Sequence record: OM339718.1
Direction: 5' to 3' (one strand)
Length of the DNA stretch: 64,000 nucleotides
In this document: piece after piece, positions 9,087-18,266 of the stretch
Position numbering within the stretch: the first letter of the stretch is position 1
How the letters are laid out: every line of letters starts with the position of its first letter
Notes under the pieces: generated by a model
Databases searched by the model: none
What the model was told of the DNA's origin: nothing
The model's input: the letters and a program-made list of their open reading frames with translations, nothing else
Position numbers and translations under genes: made by a program

Positions 9087-9131
9087 TTGACTTCATAATC
9101 CAAAGCCTGTATCTTAGCTGATATAGGCTTT
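9087..9131 (+). promoter_or_regulatory. promoter overlapped by a 12-bp stem-loop
   Basis: TTGACT-17bp-TATCTT; stem AAAGCCTGTATC/GATATAGGCTTT 9102-9131. Confidence 0.6.
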
Positions 9132-9153
9132 TGTTGTTTCTGAGGAATAGATT

Positions 9154-10230
9154 ATGTGTGGTCAGTACCCAGTAGATGATTTCATTGGACAAACTTTTCC
9201 TACTCCGAAAGGTGGGGTGTTGACTGTTGTTGGTGATAATGGATTGAAGGGCAATAAAAAGAGATATCAGTTGACTTGTTCTATCTGTTCTTTGGATGGG
9301 GAATTGTTTCCTGAATTATTCGAAAGTCATAAGGGCAATTTGGTAAATGGGGCCATCCCTTGTGGGTGCTCTAAGAAACCAGAATGGAAACCTTTCCAGA
9401 TTAATATTATTGTTTCTCGTCTATGTTTGGAATCTGGGTATGGATATATAGGTTTTCCGGAAGGGTACAAGAATCATCGTTCTAAGTTTGAATATAATTG
9501 TCCGATTCATGGGAAACAGAAAGCTTCTTACCAAGATTTTGTGAATGGTAATAGTCGGTGCCATCATTGTAGTGGAACCAAGAAGAAGACATTAAGTGAA
9601 GCTGAAACTATAGTAAAAGAAATTTGTACAAAAGAAGGGTACGGTTATCTTGATTTTCCAGAAGGATATAAAAATGCATACTCGAAATTTGAATATCTAT
9701 GCCCTGCTCATGGAAAACAAATAGTTTCTTATGATGGGTTCGTTAATCATAATAGTCGGTGTCCTTCTTGCTCAACGTCTGGTTACCAACCATCTAAACC
9801 CGGACACCTTTACGTTACCAATTGGATCAATAACAAGAAAGACACAAACGAGTTTTTCAAAATAGGTATCACAAACTTCTTAGATCAACGTATCAAACAA
9901 CAAGCTCGTAAAACGTCGTACAAGCCCCACCAGCTAATTGTATTCAAGTTCGAGGATGGTTCTATCCCACAAGAGCTAGAACGTCTCACAAAGCCATACA
10001 GGCAGGATATGGAGCATCCTATCATCACACAAGACGAGTTTGCTGATGGAACAACAGAAATCCTTCAAAACTGGATTGATATTATTAAAATTCTCCCAGA
10101 ACTGATTGACACAATCAGGGAGAAAGGACACACTCCTGAAATAGAAGTTGGTAAACGACTTTACAACAAGTTGATTAAGCTTGACAAAGACCAAATGGCT
10201 AAGGTAATCTTAGATCATCTTTATAAATGA
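9154..10230 (+). CDS. putative free-standing homing endonuclease (Zn-binding repeats + C-terminal GIY-YIG/T5orf172-like domain)
   Basis: Two repeats GY..FPEGYKN..SKFEY.CP.HGKQ..SY..FVN.NSRC..C; HLYV...FKIGIT...QRIKQ. Confidence 0.75.
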   Translation: MCGQYPVDDFIGQTFPTPKGGVLTVVGDNGLKGNKKRYQLTCSICSLDGELFPELFESHKGNLVNGAIPCGCSKKPEWKPFQINIIVSRLCLESGYGYIGFPEGYKNHRSKFEYNCPIHGKQKASYQDFVNGNSRCHHCSGTKKKTLSEAETIVKEICTKEGYGYLDFPEGYKNAYSKFEYLCPAHGKQIVSYDGFVNHNSRCPSCSTSGYQPSKPGHLYVTNWINNKKDTNEFFKIGITNFLDQRIKQQARKTSYKPHQLIVFKFEDGSIPQELERLTKPYRQDMEHPIITQDEFADGTTEILQNWIDIIKILPELIDTIREKGHTPEIEVGKRLYNKLIKLDKDQMAKVILDHLYK

Positions 10231-10240
10231 GAATCAGAAA

Positions 10241-10798
10241 ATGAAATATGAACTTGGTAAGAAATATAAAATCGTGTACATTCATGCAGATGCATCAGAT
10301 GAATTCGGCGTATCTACCGGTGATGTAATTGAATGCCATTACTTCGACGACCAAAATGGTTACTTATGGACTCGCGACGTTTCTTGTTATGGTAAACAGG
10401 TAAATCCTTATTATGATCATGGTGCATGGTGTTTCGCTGCCCCATCAGATCCAGAAATTATTTTGGAAGAATATGAACCAGAACCAAGCTTGTCAACCAT
10501 CTTCACTACCTCGGTTGAACTTGGACGAGTTGATACTTCCAAAAAGCGATCCTATGATTACGTTCTCTCCAAATGTATGGAAGAACTCGGGGAACTGTCT
10601 TTGGAGGTGCAGATCGAAAACGGTTTGTCTTACAAGGAACCGGGTAAGGATGGTATTCGCGGTGAAGCTGTAGATCTGGCTATTGCTGCTATGGATATGT
10701 TCGCTCTTGCCTGTGGTGATATGAGCAAGCAAGCTATCGAAAATCTTTTCCTTTCTACTATGGAAAAGAAAATTGTAAAATGGAAAGAGAAGGCTTAA
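10241..10798 (+). CDS. MazG-like all-alpha NTP pyrophosphohydrolase with unrelated N-terminal domain
   Basis: KCMEELGEL ... GEAVDLAIAAMD acidic motifs. Confidence 0.75.
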   Translation: MKYELGKKYKIVYIHADASDEFGVSTGDVIECHYFDDQNGYLWTRDVSCYGKQVNPYYDHGAWCFAAPSDPEIILEEYEPEPSLSTIFTTSVELGRVDTSKKRSYDYVLSKCMEELGELSLEVQIENGLSYKEPGKDGIRGEAVDLAIAAMDMFALACGDMSKQAIENLFLSTMEKKIVKWKEKA

Positions 10799-10799
10799 A

Positions 10800-11135
10800 A
10801 TGGCAAAGAAAGAGATCGTTGAAACTCGTTGTGGTATTGACTTTTACCTTAATAAGTTTAATGAAAAGTGTTCCACTCGAAATGAAATTATGGAATGTGA
10901 ACGAGATTGGATAGGTTGTTATCTTCCAAAGAAATACAAATATGTTGTTATGGAGTCCGATGGATTGTTCTATGCATATTCCAAAAAGCCGGTTCTTAAA
11001 CAATACTCATGTGGTCTTGGGTGGGGTGTAGACTCAGTACAAGGTACAGACGATAATAACGTTGAGGTATGGTTTAATGATAGTGATTTCGGTTGGAAAC
11101 CATGGTACAGTGGATATTGTAAAATCGAAGGTTAA
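10800..11135 (+). CDS. hypothetical protein
   Basis: ORF track. Confidence 0.65.
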   Translation: MAKKEIVETRCGIDFYLNKFNEKCSTRNEIMECERDWIGCYLPKKYKYVVMESDGLFYAYSKKPVLKQYSCGLGWGVDSVQGTDDNNVEVWFNDSDFGWKPWYSGYCKIEG

Positions 11136-11137
11136 AA

Positions 11138-11308
11138 ATGACACCAGTCAAGTATTGCGAAGAACACCGAGTTAGGTATTACGAATATGGGTGTCCTCAA
11201 TGTAAAATACGCAACGAAAGAGAAAACCGGGTCATAAGAGAGATGTCCATCAAGAAAACAAAAAATGGACTAACATGGCCGTTGAGTAAATCGGAAAAGA
11301 AGGTTTAA
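11138..11308 (+). CDS. small Cys/His protein (56 aa)
   Basis: CEEH...CPQC; fills gap. Confidence 0.55.
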   Translation: MTPVKYCEEHRVRYYEYGCPQCKIRNERENRVIREMSIKKTKNGLTWPLSKSEKKV

Positions 11309-11310
11309 AA

Positions 11311-11547
11311 ATGAATCAATATTTTGAAGTAACTGGTGATGACCCGCTGTTTTTGTGGTTGAAAGAATCAGAAAAAGCAAATGAAGCTTTAAAAGAAAAC
11401 AATTCTGATGAAAATTGGGAATGGTTGGAATCTTCTGAGAACAAAGTTGAAGAAATCCTACACAATCGTTATCCAGATTGTTTTGGTTGGCGGGCAGTTG
11501 TATCTCCTTTTGACGAAGACAGTTTCTTGGTGAAGATAAAAGGATAA
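11311..11547 (+). CDS. hypothetical protein
   Basis: ORF track. Confidence 0.65.
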   Translation: MNQYFEVTGDDPLFLWLKESEKANEALKENNSDENWEWLESSENKVEEILHNRYPDCFGWRAVVSPFDEDSFLVKIKG

Positions 11548-11631
11548 TTTTCAAAAGGGCTTGTAATTGTTCAAGCCCTTTGCTATTCTATCCTTGTTGA
11601 AACGAGAAACAAAACAGTTAAGGAGAATAAT

Positions 11632-11955
11632 ATGGCAGAATTTATCACAGAAACATCTAACAAGACTCACCACAAAGTGGTTCAACTTCGCAAGGCCATT
11701 CGCAAGGTTGATACCGCAAAGATTGCTATCTTCCGGAAAACAGATTTGACTGATGCATATCGTGAGTACAACTACGCAATGTATCGTGCAGTTGAGGAAA
11801 CCGGGAATCACAAAATTTATATCGACTTCAAATACAACCAACCAAAAGAGAACGTAATTGATCTGGTCGAAAAAATTTGTTCCATAGAAGACACCAAGGT
11901 AGAATGGAATGGTTCTATGGGTAGTTCCATCGTTGTTACTTTCAAAGTTAAATAA
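11632..11955 (+). CDS. hypothetical protein
   Basis: AAGGAG SD after promoter cassette. Confidence 0.7.
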   Translation: MAEFITETSNKTHHKVVQLRKAIRKVDTAKIAIFRKTDLTDAYREYNYAMYRAVEETGNHKIYIDFKYNQPKENVIDLVEKICSIEDTKVEWNGSMGSSIVVTFKVK

Positions 11956-11964
11956 GGAAAAATT

Positions 11965-12171
11965 ATGTTCGTTTCCTATATCGACGAAAACGAAAAGCTA
12001 GTCGTTCAATCTAAGTATGATTCCGGTGTCCATCTAGGTTTCACCGCAGGTGTCCAGAAAGATGGTGAATATACGCTGACTACTCTAGACAAAGAGCTTA
12101 CCGCCCAACAGATCTCGTATCTTGAGATGATGTTGATGTTGGAAATCAAAAAGATGTTGGACCCACGTTAA
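11965..12171 (+). CDS. hypothetical protein
   Basis: AAGGA SD. Confidence 0.65.
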   Translation: MFVSYIDENEKLVVQSKYDSGVHLGFTAGVQKDGEYTLTTLDKELTAQQISYLEMMLMLEIKKMLDPR

Positions 12172-12180
12172 GGAAAAATT

Positions 12181-12393
12181 ATGAAAGTCCAGTTTAAATC
12201 AGAAGAAGCTATGACTGAGTTTAAAACGTTAGATCGCAACAACGAAGAACTAGTAAATGCATATGGTATGAGTCCCATCCCTATTGGATTTGTAGATGAA
12301 GAATGGTGGGATATCTTTAATGAGAAAGATCTGCATTTTTACACCATCAACATCTCCGACGAATCCCATTTTTTCGAAATTTTGGAAAAATAA
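12181..12393 (+). CDS. MKxxFK-family hypothetical protein
   Basis: MKVQFKSEEAMTEF. Confidence 0.7.
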   Translation: MKVQFKSEEAMTEFKTLDRNNEELVNAYGMSPIPIGFVDEEWWDIFNEKDLHFYTINISDESHFFEILEK

Positions 12394-12510
12394 TTCAAAA
12401 ACGCTTGCTCTCGGGTAAGCGTTTTGTTATTCTATTCTTGTTGAAACGAGAGATGAAAGAAGGACAAACTGGTACTTTCCTTCTTTCCAAAACAAACCGA
12501 GGATAAATTT

Positions 12511-12726
12511 ATGGATATCGAAACCACTTACTATGCTTTCGTTGACAAAGGTTATGCAAACCCACAGTCAAATCTGTTTGACCCAGTTAGTAAGATCCCG
12601 AACGTTGTGTACACACCACATACTAAACTTGACGGAACCTATTGCAAGTTTGAGGATGGTTCTGGTATACTCTATGTATACCGTGGTGGGGCGGATTACG
12701 ATTTTATCCCCAAAGTATCTATCTAA
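12511..12726 (+). CDS. hypothetical protein (paralog of 21977)
   Basis: Shared YY.FVDKGYANPQ.NLF.P. Confidence 0.7.
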   Translation: MDIETTYYAFVDKGYANPQSNLFDPVSKIPNVVYTPHTKLDGTYCKFEDGSGILYVYRGGADYDFIPKVSI

Positions 12727-12734
12727 GGAATGAC

Positions 12735-12860
12735 ATGACCAACTTTGAATTTGCTATGAAACGCGCTAAGTTCCAAATCACCAAGCACAAAGAGACTTTG
12801 ATCTGTGCTGGTATTGTTGGTGTTGTTCTTTTCGTTATCATCCCTATGTTGAACGGTTAA
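12735..12860 (+). CDS. small membrane protein (41 aa)
   Basis: AAGGA SD; hydrophobic C-terminal half. Confidence 0.55.
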   Translation: MTNFEFAMKRAKFQITKHKETLICAGIVGVVLFVIIPMLNG

Positions 12861-12869
12861 GGAGTTATT

Positions 12870-13256
12870 ATGCTGAACAAACGTTATACTGTAAAAAAAG
12901 ATTTTGAGGATTTCCACAAAGAATTTCCCGAACTGGTTTTGGGTTCTTCTTTCACGGTAACAGAGACGGACGGACCCGGTATCATATCCATCATCATGGA
13001 TAGTGGAACTGAATATAACATCGACTCATATCCTTGGTGTTGGTGCTTCTACACAGAAGATATGGTAAAAGAATATCTTGTCCCAGTTGAAAACCTCACA
13101 GACGAAGAAAAGAACGACTTGATAGTTGCCAACTTGAAGAAGAAAGAAAAGGAGATGGAAGAAAAGAAAGCTTTGTTGTTGGCAAATTGGGAGAAGGAAG
13201 AAAAGGAGTTGATTGAAGCTCTGGAAAACCATCGCAAAAATAAGCCGGGGGTTTGA
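12870..13256 (+). CDS. hypothetical protein (paralog of 20908) with coiled-coil tail
   Basis: Shared MLNK...EFP..V.G..FTV.ET...MD.GT.YNI...WCFYT. Confidence 0.75.
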   Translation: MLNKRYTVKKDFEDFHKEFPELVLGSSFTVTETDGPGIISIIMDSGTEYNIDSYPWCWCFYTEDMVKEYLVPVENLTDEEKNDLIVANLKKKEKEMEEKKALLLANWEKEEKELIEALENHRKNKPGV

Positions 13257-13257
13257 T

Positions 13258-13497
13258 ATGATTTCTTTGGTAGCATTATCTTGTTATGCTCCGATATACT
13301 TCATTGTCCAGCTAGGGGAAAAGATCAATCGTGATGTGATTCTATCTTATATTCTCATGGTCTTTACTATCGTTCTAGTAGTCTGCACCACCACGATTAC
13401 CCTGAAATATGGAACAAACCCGGTGGTATTGTTTTGGATTTGTCAAACGAACATCCTTACTTGTCTGATGGCTAAAATAATTTCAAAAAGTCTTTGA
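13258..13497 (+). CDS. membrane protein
   Basis: Three hydrophobic segments. Confidence 0.6.
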   Translation: MISLVALSCYAPIYFIVQLGEKINRDVILSYILMVFTIVLVVCTTTITLKYGTNPVVLFWICQTNILTCLMAKIISKSL

Positions 13498-13521
13498 CTC
13501 TATAGCTAGTTCTGGTAATAT
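13494..13521 (+). promoter_or_regulatory. sigma70-like early promoter, TGG-TAATAT class
   Basis: TTGACT-16bp-TAATAT; near copies at 16794 and 19827. Confidence 0.7.
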
Positions 13522-13551
13522 ACCTATGTACCCACTGATGAGGAAATTGAA

Positions 13552-13833
13552 ATGAAAATTCTTTTTACCGACCACCAAGCCGAACTAATCAACCGCATCA
13601 AGGCTTATCACGACAGTCGTATCGCTCTGACAATTTCCCCTGAGTCTCGCGCATTTCGCGATATGATGGAAGGACAAGAGTTGTGCAATTCTCAATGTAT
13701 TGCGCTCCGCAACTTCTTCGGTCGGGTAATCGATTATGATGCATGTGATAATGATATCGCTGCTGATGAAATGACCAAATACATGTACGGTGTTATGCGT
13801 GACCACGTTCGTAACTGGCTGTTTGAGGAATAA
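13552..13833 (+). CDS. hypothetical protein
   Basis: GAGG SD after promoter. Confidence 0.7.
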   Translation: MKILFTDHQAELINRIKAYHDSRIALTISPESRAFRDMMEGQELCNSQCIALRNFFGRVIDYDACDNDIAADEMTKYMYGVMRDHVRNWLFEE

Positions 13834-13836
13834 GAT

Positions 13837-14067
13837 ATGAAAAAGATTATGGAAGCTCTGGGATATGTTTGGTTCGAAACCCGTGGCGATTTTGTTGCTA
13901 CTATCGGTCCATGGGAAGAGAGTTATACCTATTATGAAGAAACTGATTTCCCTTGCTGGTTGAAACTAGTGGATTCTCTCGATAGCCCATACAACGCAAA
14001 AACAATTATGATTTACGACCGTGTTTCTGAATCTCTGGTGGGAGAAATTAAGTTTGAAAAATTGTGA
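13837..14067 (+). CDS. hypothetical protein
   Basis: GAGG SD. Confidence 0.65.
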   Translation: MKKIMEALGYVWFETRGDFVATIGPWEESYTYYEETDFPCWLKLVDSLDSPYNAKTIMIYDRVSESLVGEIKFEKL

Positions 14068-14245
14068 TTTGATTAAGATTCTCCAAGAACGAGATCCAAA
14101 TGCAAAAGTAGAATTTGTTTTCTTCGGTAATCATTTTGACGTTGAAGGGTTAGTACATTTTGACCCAACCGGTTATAACGCTATCGAGCTGTATGGTAAG
14201 GCGTTACATGAGATGGAAATTGTTGTTACTTTCAACCAAGGATAA
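14054..14245 (+). CDS. hypothetical protein (TTG start inferred)
   Basis: GGAG SD at 14041; MKNCDLIKILQERDPNAKV. Confidence 0.55.
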   Translation: MKNCDLIKILQERDPNAKVEFVFFGNHFDVEGLVHFDPTGYNAIELYGKALHEMEIVVTFNQG

Positions 14246-14531
14246 AATATGTTCTATGCACTGAAAAACAAATATACTGGTAAAGTTGCTATGGTAGAGG
14301 TGTGTGGTGAAGCTGTTTATTTGGTAGATGATGAAGCAATTGGAGACCATGCAGTTGCTTTTGTCTACACCGAAACCACCTCACAGAAAATTCAAGATAC
14401 GTTGGATGGTGTCAACGACAATCTGTTTGTCCAAATCGATCCAGAACAATACGATATCGTGGAAATTCAAATTTAGAAGATGATTTTGTAAAATGGGAAT
14501 TGTTGTTACTTTCAATCAAGGATAAAATATG
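14213..14531 (+). repeat. 39-bp direct repeat marking a tandem gene duplication
   Basis: 14213-14251 vs 14493-14531, 37/39 identical. Confidence 0.9.
14249..14476 (+). CDS. hypothetical protein (tandem paralog of 14529)
   Basis: YALK.K.TGK.A...VCG...YLVDD. Confidence 0.75.
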   Translation: MFYALKNKYTGKVAMVEVCGEAVYLVDDEAIGDHAVAFVYTETTSQKIQDTLDGVNDNLFVQIDPEQYDIVEIQI

Positions 14532-14750
14532 ATTCTCTATGCGTTAAAACATAAGAAGACTGGTAAGTTGGCTCAACTGGATGTGTGTGGTGATTGCACT
14601 TATTTGGTGGATGATACCGATACCGCTTTGTTTCCCTATACAGAATCCAACATCAACGATGTAAAGGATGCGCTAGCTAATAGTAATGATGACATATACA
14701 CATACATCAAACCAGACGATTATGAAATCGTTAAATTCGTTCTGAAATAA
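14529..14750 (+). CDS. hypothetical protein (tandem paralog of 14249)
   Basis: YALK.K.TGK.A...VCG...YLVDD. Confidence 0.75.
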   Translation: MILYALKHKKTGKLAQLDVCGDCTYLVDDTDTALFPYTESNINDVKDALANSNDDIYTYIKPDDYEIVKFVLK

Positions 14751-14763
14751 AAGGATATAAGCT

Positions 14764-15291
14764 ATGAAGTATTGGTGTTTTCGATTGTCTCATCCGGTTG
14801 ATATTGCTATCGCATGTGACTATGTAAACCAGAAATTCCCTGATCGTATTGGTAATGTTCCTGCCCAATGTTGGTCTTGGTTGAACAAAACATCTGAACA
14901 GCAGATTCATTATTCGGATCGTCATTCAAGCAATATGATTGTTTTCGACCCTGTTAACAAATGTTGGCTACTACAGAGTAATAGTTCATATGAAGTCAAT
15001 CGCCATATGAAATCCGTAGCAGGACACTATGCCAATATTAGTAATGTAGCTAATGGCTACTGCGATATCCCGTTTGATGACCTTTACGAAAACCATATGG
15101 ATAACGCACGTAAAGAGTGTACTATTCCGGACTCGACTCTTTCTACTCTGGTGCGTGTTGCAAATCTGGAACTGGATATGCATAATCAAGAAGTTCGAGC
15201 TTATCACAATCGCCAGTGTGAACTCCGTGCGGAACGAGACAGCAGCAAAATGAGAAACTGGAATGGAGATTTGTTGAAGATATACCGATAA
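14764..15291 (+). CDS. hypothetical protein
   Basis: AAGGA SD. Confidence 0.7.
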   Translation: MKYWCFRLSHPVDIAIACDYVNQKFPDRIGNVPAQCWSWLNKTSEQQIHYSDRHSSNMIVFDPVNKCWLLQSNSSYEVNRHMKSVAGHYANISNVANGYCDIPFDDLYENHMDNARKECTIPDSTLSTLVRVANLELDMHNQEVRAYHNRQCELRAERDSSKMRNWNGDLLKIYR

Positions 15292-15322
15292 ATTAGTTGT
15301 TTTGAAAACTGGTTGTGCTACT

Positions 15323-15366
15323 ATATCCATATCGAAACGAGAGACGGAAAGGGAAAAATCATGAAA
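15323..15366 (+). repeat. promoter-leader cassette, near-identical copy at 16429-16472
   Basis: ATATCCATATCGAAACGAGAGACGGAAAGG..AAATCATGAAA, 42/44 identical. Confidence 0.9.
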
Positions 15367-15762
15367 GCATTCACCAAAGGTCAGGTTGTTATTCAGGTTG
15401 CAAGCGTAGACGGTAAAGGCACCTTCTCTTGGTTCCGAGCTGTTGTGAAATCCTGTGGTAAGAAGCAAATGACCCTGTGTCATCCAGAGACTGGTGCAAT
15501 GCTCGGTAACCACTTCCGTCCTGAGCACGGTGTTGATATCGCCAATGGTCGGAACTATGGTGTTGTTGCTGATATGACTGACGAACAGGCCGACAAATAC
15601 ACCCTAACCATTGCTCAACTCTACGTCACTCGTGAGCTGTTTGATCTGGAAGACCAGCTTGATGCTGCTAAAGCTCGCAAGGCACCGGTTGCTTTTGTTG
15701 AGTTGATGGAAAAGAATGTTGAAGAGTTCAAGAAAAACGTTGCTAAAGTTCAAAGGGGTTAA
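15361..15762 (+). CDS. hypothetical protein
   Basis: ATG at end of leader cassette. Confidence 0.7.
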   Translation: MKAFTKGQVVIQVASVDGKGTFSWFRAVVKSCGKKQMTLCHPETGAMLGNHFRPEHGVDIANGRNYGVVADMTDEQADKYTLTIAQLYVTRELFDLEDQLDAAKARKAPVAFVELMEKNVEEFKKNVAKVQRG

Positions 15763-15764
15763 TC

Positions 15765-15902
15765 ATGAAAATCAAAGACGGTAACGACATCATCACTTTC
15801 ACTGGGGAATATGGGGTTTATGAATCTGGTGAACCCTGTATGTCAAGTTTGTCGGATATGATAGTTCGTGTTAATTGTGGTTCCGCTGAAATTATTGGTT
15901 GA
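15765..15902 (+). CDS. hypothetical protein (45 aa)
   Basis: AGGGG SD; fills gap. Confidence 0.5.
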   Translation: MKIKDGNDIITFTGEYGVYESGEPCMSSLSDMIVRVNCGSAEIIG

Positions 15903-15957
15903 CTCAGTGATCTGTTCTGGTAAGATATCCATATCGAAATTAGCCGAGGGAATTAAC

Positions 15958-16185
15958 ATGAACTTCTTTAATTATATTGTTGTGATGAAAACTGTTAACG
16001 GTATGGAAAGCTTTCTGGTCTCTGCTATGGATCCTTCTAAGGCCAAGAAAAAGGTTATGGATTACTTGGTTGACGAATGCATTCCGTTCAGTTGTTCCTA
16101 TCCGAGAAATGAAACCATGCGAGTTGCAGATTCACAAGTGGAAGAAATGAAAAATCGCTCTGACATCAAAACCCTTTATGTTTAA
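15958..16185 (+). CDS. hypothetical protein
   Basis: GAGGG SD after promoter 15899-15926. Confidence 0.65.
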   Translation: MNFFNYIVVMKTVNGMESFLVSAMDPSKAKKKVMDYLVDECIPFSCSYPRNETMRVADSQVEEMKNRSDIKTLYV

Positions 16186-16194
16186 GGATCTATT

Positions 16195-16413
16195 ATGAAA
16201 ATCAAATTCAAATCCGAAGCACATATGAACGAGTTCGCAAATATCAACCTTGGTTGGTCTTCCCATAATAAAGATCTGGTTCGTCGTCATGGTATGAACC
16301 CTTTCGAGGTTGAGGTTGATATTACCGAATCTTGGTGGGATACAGTAGATGGTGATTTCACTATTCATAAAGAAGGTGAAGGAAAATATTTTGAAATAGT
16401 TGTTGCATCGTAG
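16195..16413 (+). CDS. MKxxFK-family hypothetical protein
   Basis: MKIKFKSEAHMNEF; close paralog of 21148. Confidence 0.75.
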   Translation: MKIKFKSEAHMNEFANINLGWSSHNKDLVRRHGMNPFEVEVDITESWWDTVDGDFTIHKEGEGKYFEIVVAS

Positions 16414-16466
16414 TCCAGTTCTGGTATTATATCCATATCGAAACGAGAGACGGAAAGGAAGAAATC

Positions 16467-16790
16467 ATGAAACTCAGCAAAGCCCAAAACGAAGTAGTTG
16501 CTATTTGTGTTGCGGAAGTTGAGCGTCTTTGGAACCAGTATCAAGTTGATTTGGTTCGCTGGGAAAACACTCCCAAGGGTAAGACCAAAGAAGAGATGAC
16601 TTTCCGTCTGGGTGCTGTTAACCGTGCTACTGTTCGCGCTCTCATTAAGGCCGGTGTTCTGATTGTTGACCACAAGTTCAGTGTCAAAGAACCCACTTTG
16701 AAGAAATACAACTATGGTCGTGACCGTGTTTATGGTGACAACTATTACGAAGAAAATATTTACCGTCTGAGCAAAGAATTTGTCAAATAA
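16467..16790 (+). CDS. hypothetical protein
   Basis: ATG at end of leader cassette. Confidence 0.7.
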   Translation: MKLSKAQNEVVAICVAEVERLWNQYQVDLVRWENTPKGKTKEEMTFRLGAVNRATVRALIKAGVLIVDHKFSVKEPTLKKYNYGRDRVYGDNYYEENIYRLSKEFVK

Positions 16791-16850
16791 CGTTTGACTC
16801 GATAAATGGTTCTGGTAATATGTCTGTACACCAACTGAGAAGGAAATACC

Positions 16851-17090
16851 ATGAACACCAAACTCCGCAATCGCCTGAATAACATGCTTGGTAATCAAAC
16901 TCTGGTTTGTACTTCCACAATCGGAACCATTACCATGAAGGCCGCGCTTGATAATGGTGGTATGGACTTTGTTGTTGATGTGAGCATCACCACCGAAAAT
17001 GGTGTAGAGAATAAAGGCCGTATGTACACCAAACAAGCGCTGGAAACTTACGGTGATTCCATCTCTCATATCGTTGTTAAGAATTATTAA
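16851..17090 (+). CDS. hypothetical protein
   Basis: AAGGA SD after promoter 16794-16821. Confidence 0.7.
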   Translation: MNTKLRNRLNNMLGNQTLVCTSTIGTITMKAALDNGGMDFVVDVSITTENGVENKGRMYTKQALETYGDSISHIVVKNY

Positions 17091-17098
17091 GGGATATC

Positions 17099-17308
17099 AT
17101 GGTCGCATTTACCCGAGTAATATTTCTTTGTATTATCTATGGTGTTGGGTCTAGCCAATGTGGGGAATATCATTGGGTTGGTACACTGTCGGTAACTCGT
17201 CGCGGGCTTGTGATAAAATATTGTCAAGGTAACAAATGGCGTGTTATGCTGGTAACAGCTCGTGGCCTTTACAAAAACATTCAATCTGGGATATGGAGAG
17301 TATTATGA
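17099..17308 (+). CDS. hypothetical protein, hydrophobic N-terminus
   Basis: ORF track. Confidence 0.55.
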   Translation: MVAFTRVIFLCIIYGVGSSQCGEYHWVGTLSVTRRGLVIKYCQGNKWRVMLVTARGLYKNIQSGIWRVL

Positions 17309-17460
17309 AAAGTTTTATCGTTTCCTTCAAAATTCAAAATGCATTTGGTGATAAAGTCCTTACTGAATACGTTTGGGCATACACCCCGAAATGTGCAGTC
17401 GAGAAGATCCAAGAAAAATACGTTGGCGTTTATCACGCTAAAGCAAAACTTGCCATCTAA
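17305..17460 (+). CDS. hypothetical protein
   Basis: GGAG SD before ATG 17305. Confidence 0.55.
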   Translation: MKSFIVSFKIQNAFGDKVLTEYVWAYTPKCAVEKIQEKYVGVYHAKAKLAI

Positions 17461-17469
17461 GGGGATAGT

Positions 17470-17646
17470 ATGAAAAATAAAATTCTTGTAGAACTAGTTG
17501 CAAAACAAACCAGTGATCTGATAAAATCTAATGGTCATCGAATGGCACTAGTGGCTTTGGGTAAATGGATTGAAGCCACACCATATATCACTGATGAGGA
17601 AATTAAGTTCCTCATGAATTTGGTCAAAGTATATCAGGAGCAATAA
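17470..17646 (+). CDS. hypothetical protein (58 aa)
   Basis: AAGGGG SD; fills gap. Confidence 0.55.
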   Translation: MKNKILVELVAKQTSDLIKSNGHRMALVALGKWIEATPYITDEEIKFLMNLVKVYQEQ

Positions 17647-17648
17647 TC

Positions 17649-18071
17649 ATGGCTAAAGGTAAAGTAACTGCAAAATCTCTCCGCGCTGGTCAGACTGTAT
17701 ATCGTGTATGCGGCCCTACTGGTTCTATCACTAAGATTCTTATCACATCACGTCCGTTCGCTTACAAGAAAAAAGATTCTGTACTGAATGGTACTCTGTG
17801 GGTGAACTATCGAAAGTGGTTCAAAACCAGTAGTTACAAATTCGGTGTTGTTCGGGAAGTGAATGACTTCTTTAATGATGATTTCAGCCTCACTGACGCT
17901 GGTATTGATGGTAGTCATCCGGGTGGTACTAATCGCACCTTCTACACTTACAACGCTGCTAAACGCTGGTCTGAGTACGTTAAATCGCTCCCCAAGAAAC
18001 AGGAGTGGTGGGAAGATGATGACGATATGTGGAGCCCAACCGATTATGATGATGTAGACAACACTTTCTAA
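17649..18071 (+). CDS. hypothetical protein, basic body with acidic C-terminal tail
   Basis: Ends WWEDDDDMWSPTDYDDVDNTF. Confidence 0.7.
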   Translation: MAKGKVTAKSLRAGQTVYRVCGPTGSITKILITSRPFAYKKKDSVLNGTLWVNYRKWFKTSSYKFGVVREVNDFFNDDFSLTDAGIDGSHPGGTNRTFYTYNAAKRWSEYVKSLPKKQEWWEDDDDMWSPTDYDDVDNTF

Positions 18072-18080
18072 GGGGATAGT

Positions 18081-18266
18081 ATGATGGTTTTGATTGATAC
18101 AAAGAATGCCCAACTGTCGTTGAAATGGATGACGCCAGAAAAGATTGGTGAATTACACCACGACCGGTCGGCTATCATCGAGTTAATTTTATCTCTTGAT
18201 AGTAACCTAGTTCCATATGTGCAATTGAACTCTGATGAGTATAATTTTCTCAAAAACCACTTGTGA
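18081..18266 (+). CDS. hypothetical protein
   Basis: AAGGGG SD. Confidence 0.6.
   Translation: MMVLIDTKNAQLSLKWMTPEKIGELHHDRSAIIELILSLDSNLVPYVQLNSDEYNFLKNHL

Noticed and set aside
15323-16472. CRISPR-like mini-array from the 44-bp repeats
   Set aside because: Only two copies, 1.1 kb apart, each ending in SD+ATG; they are promoter-leader cassettes
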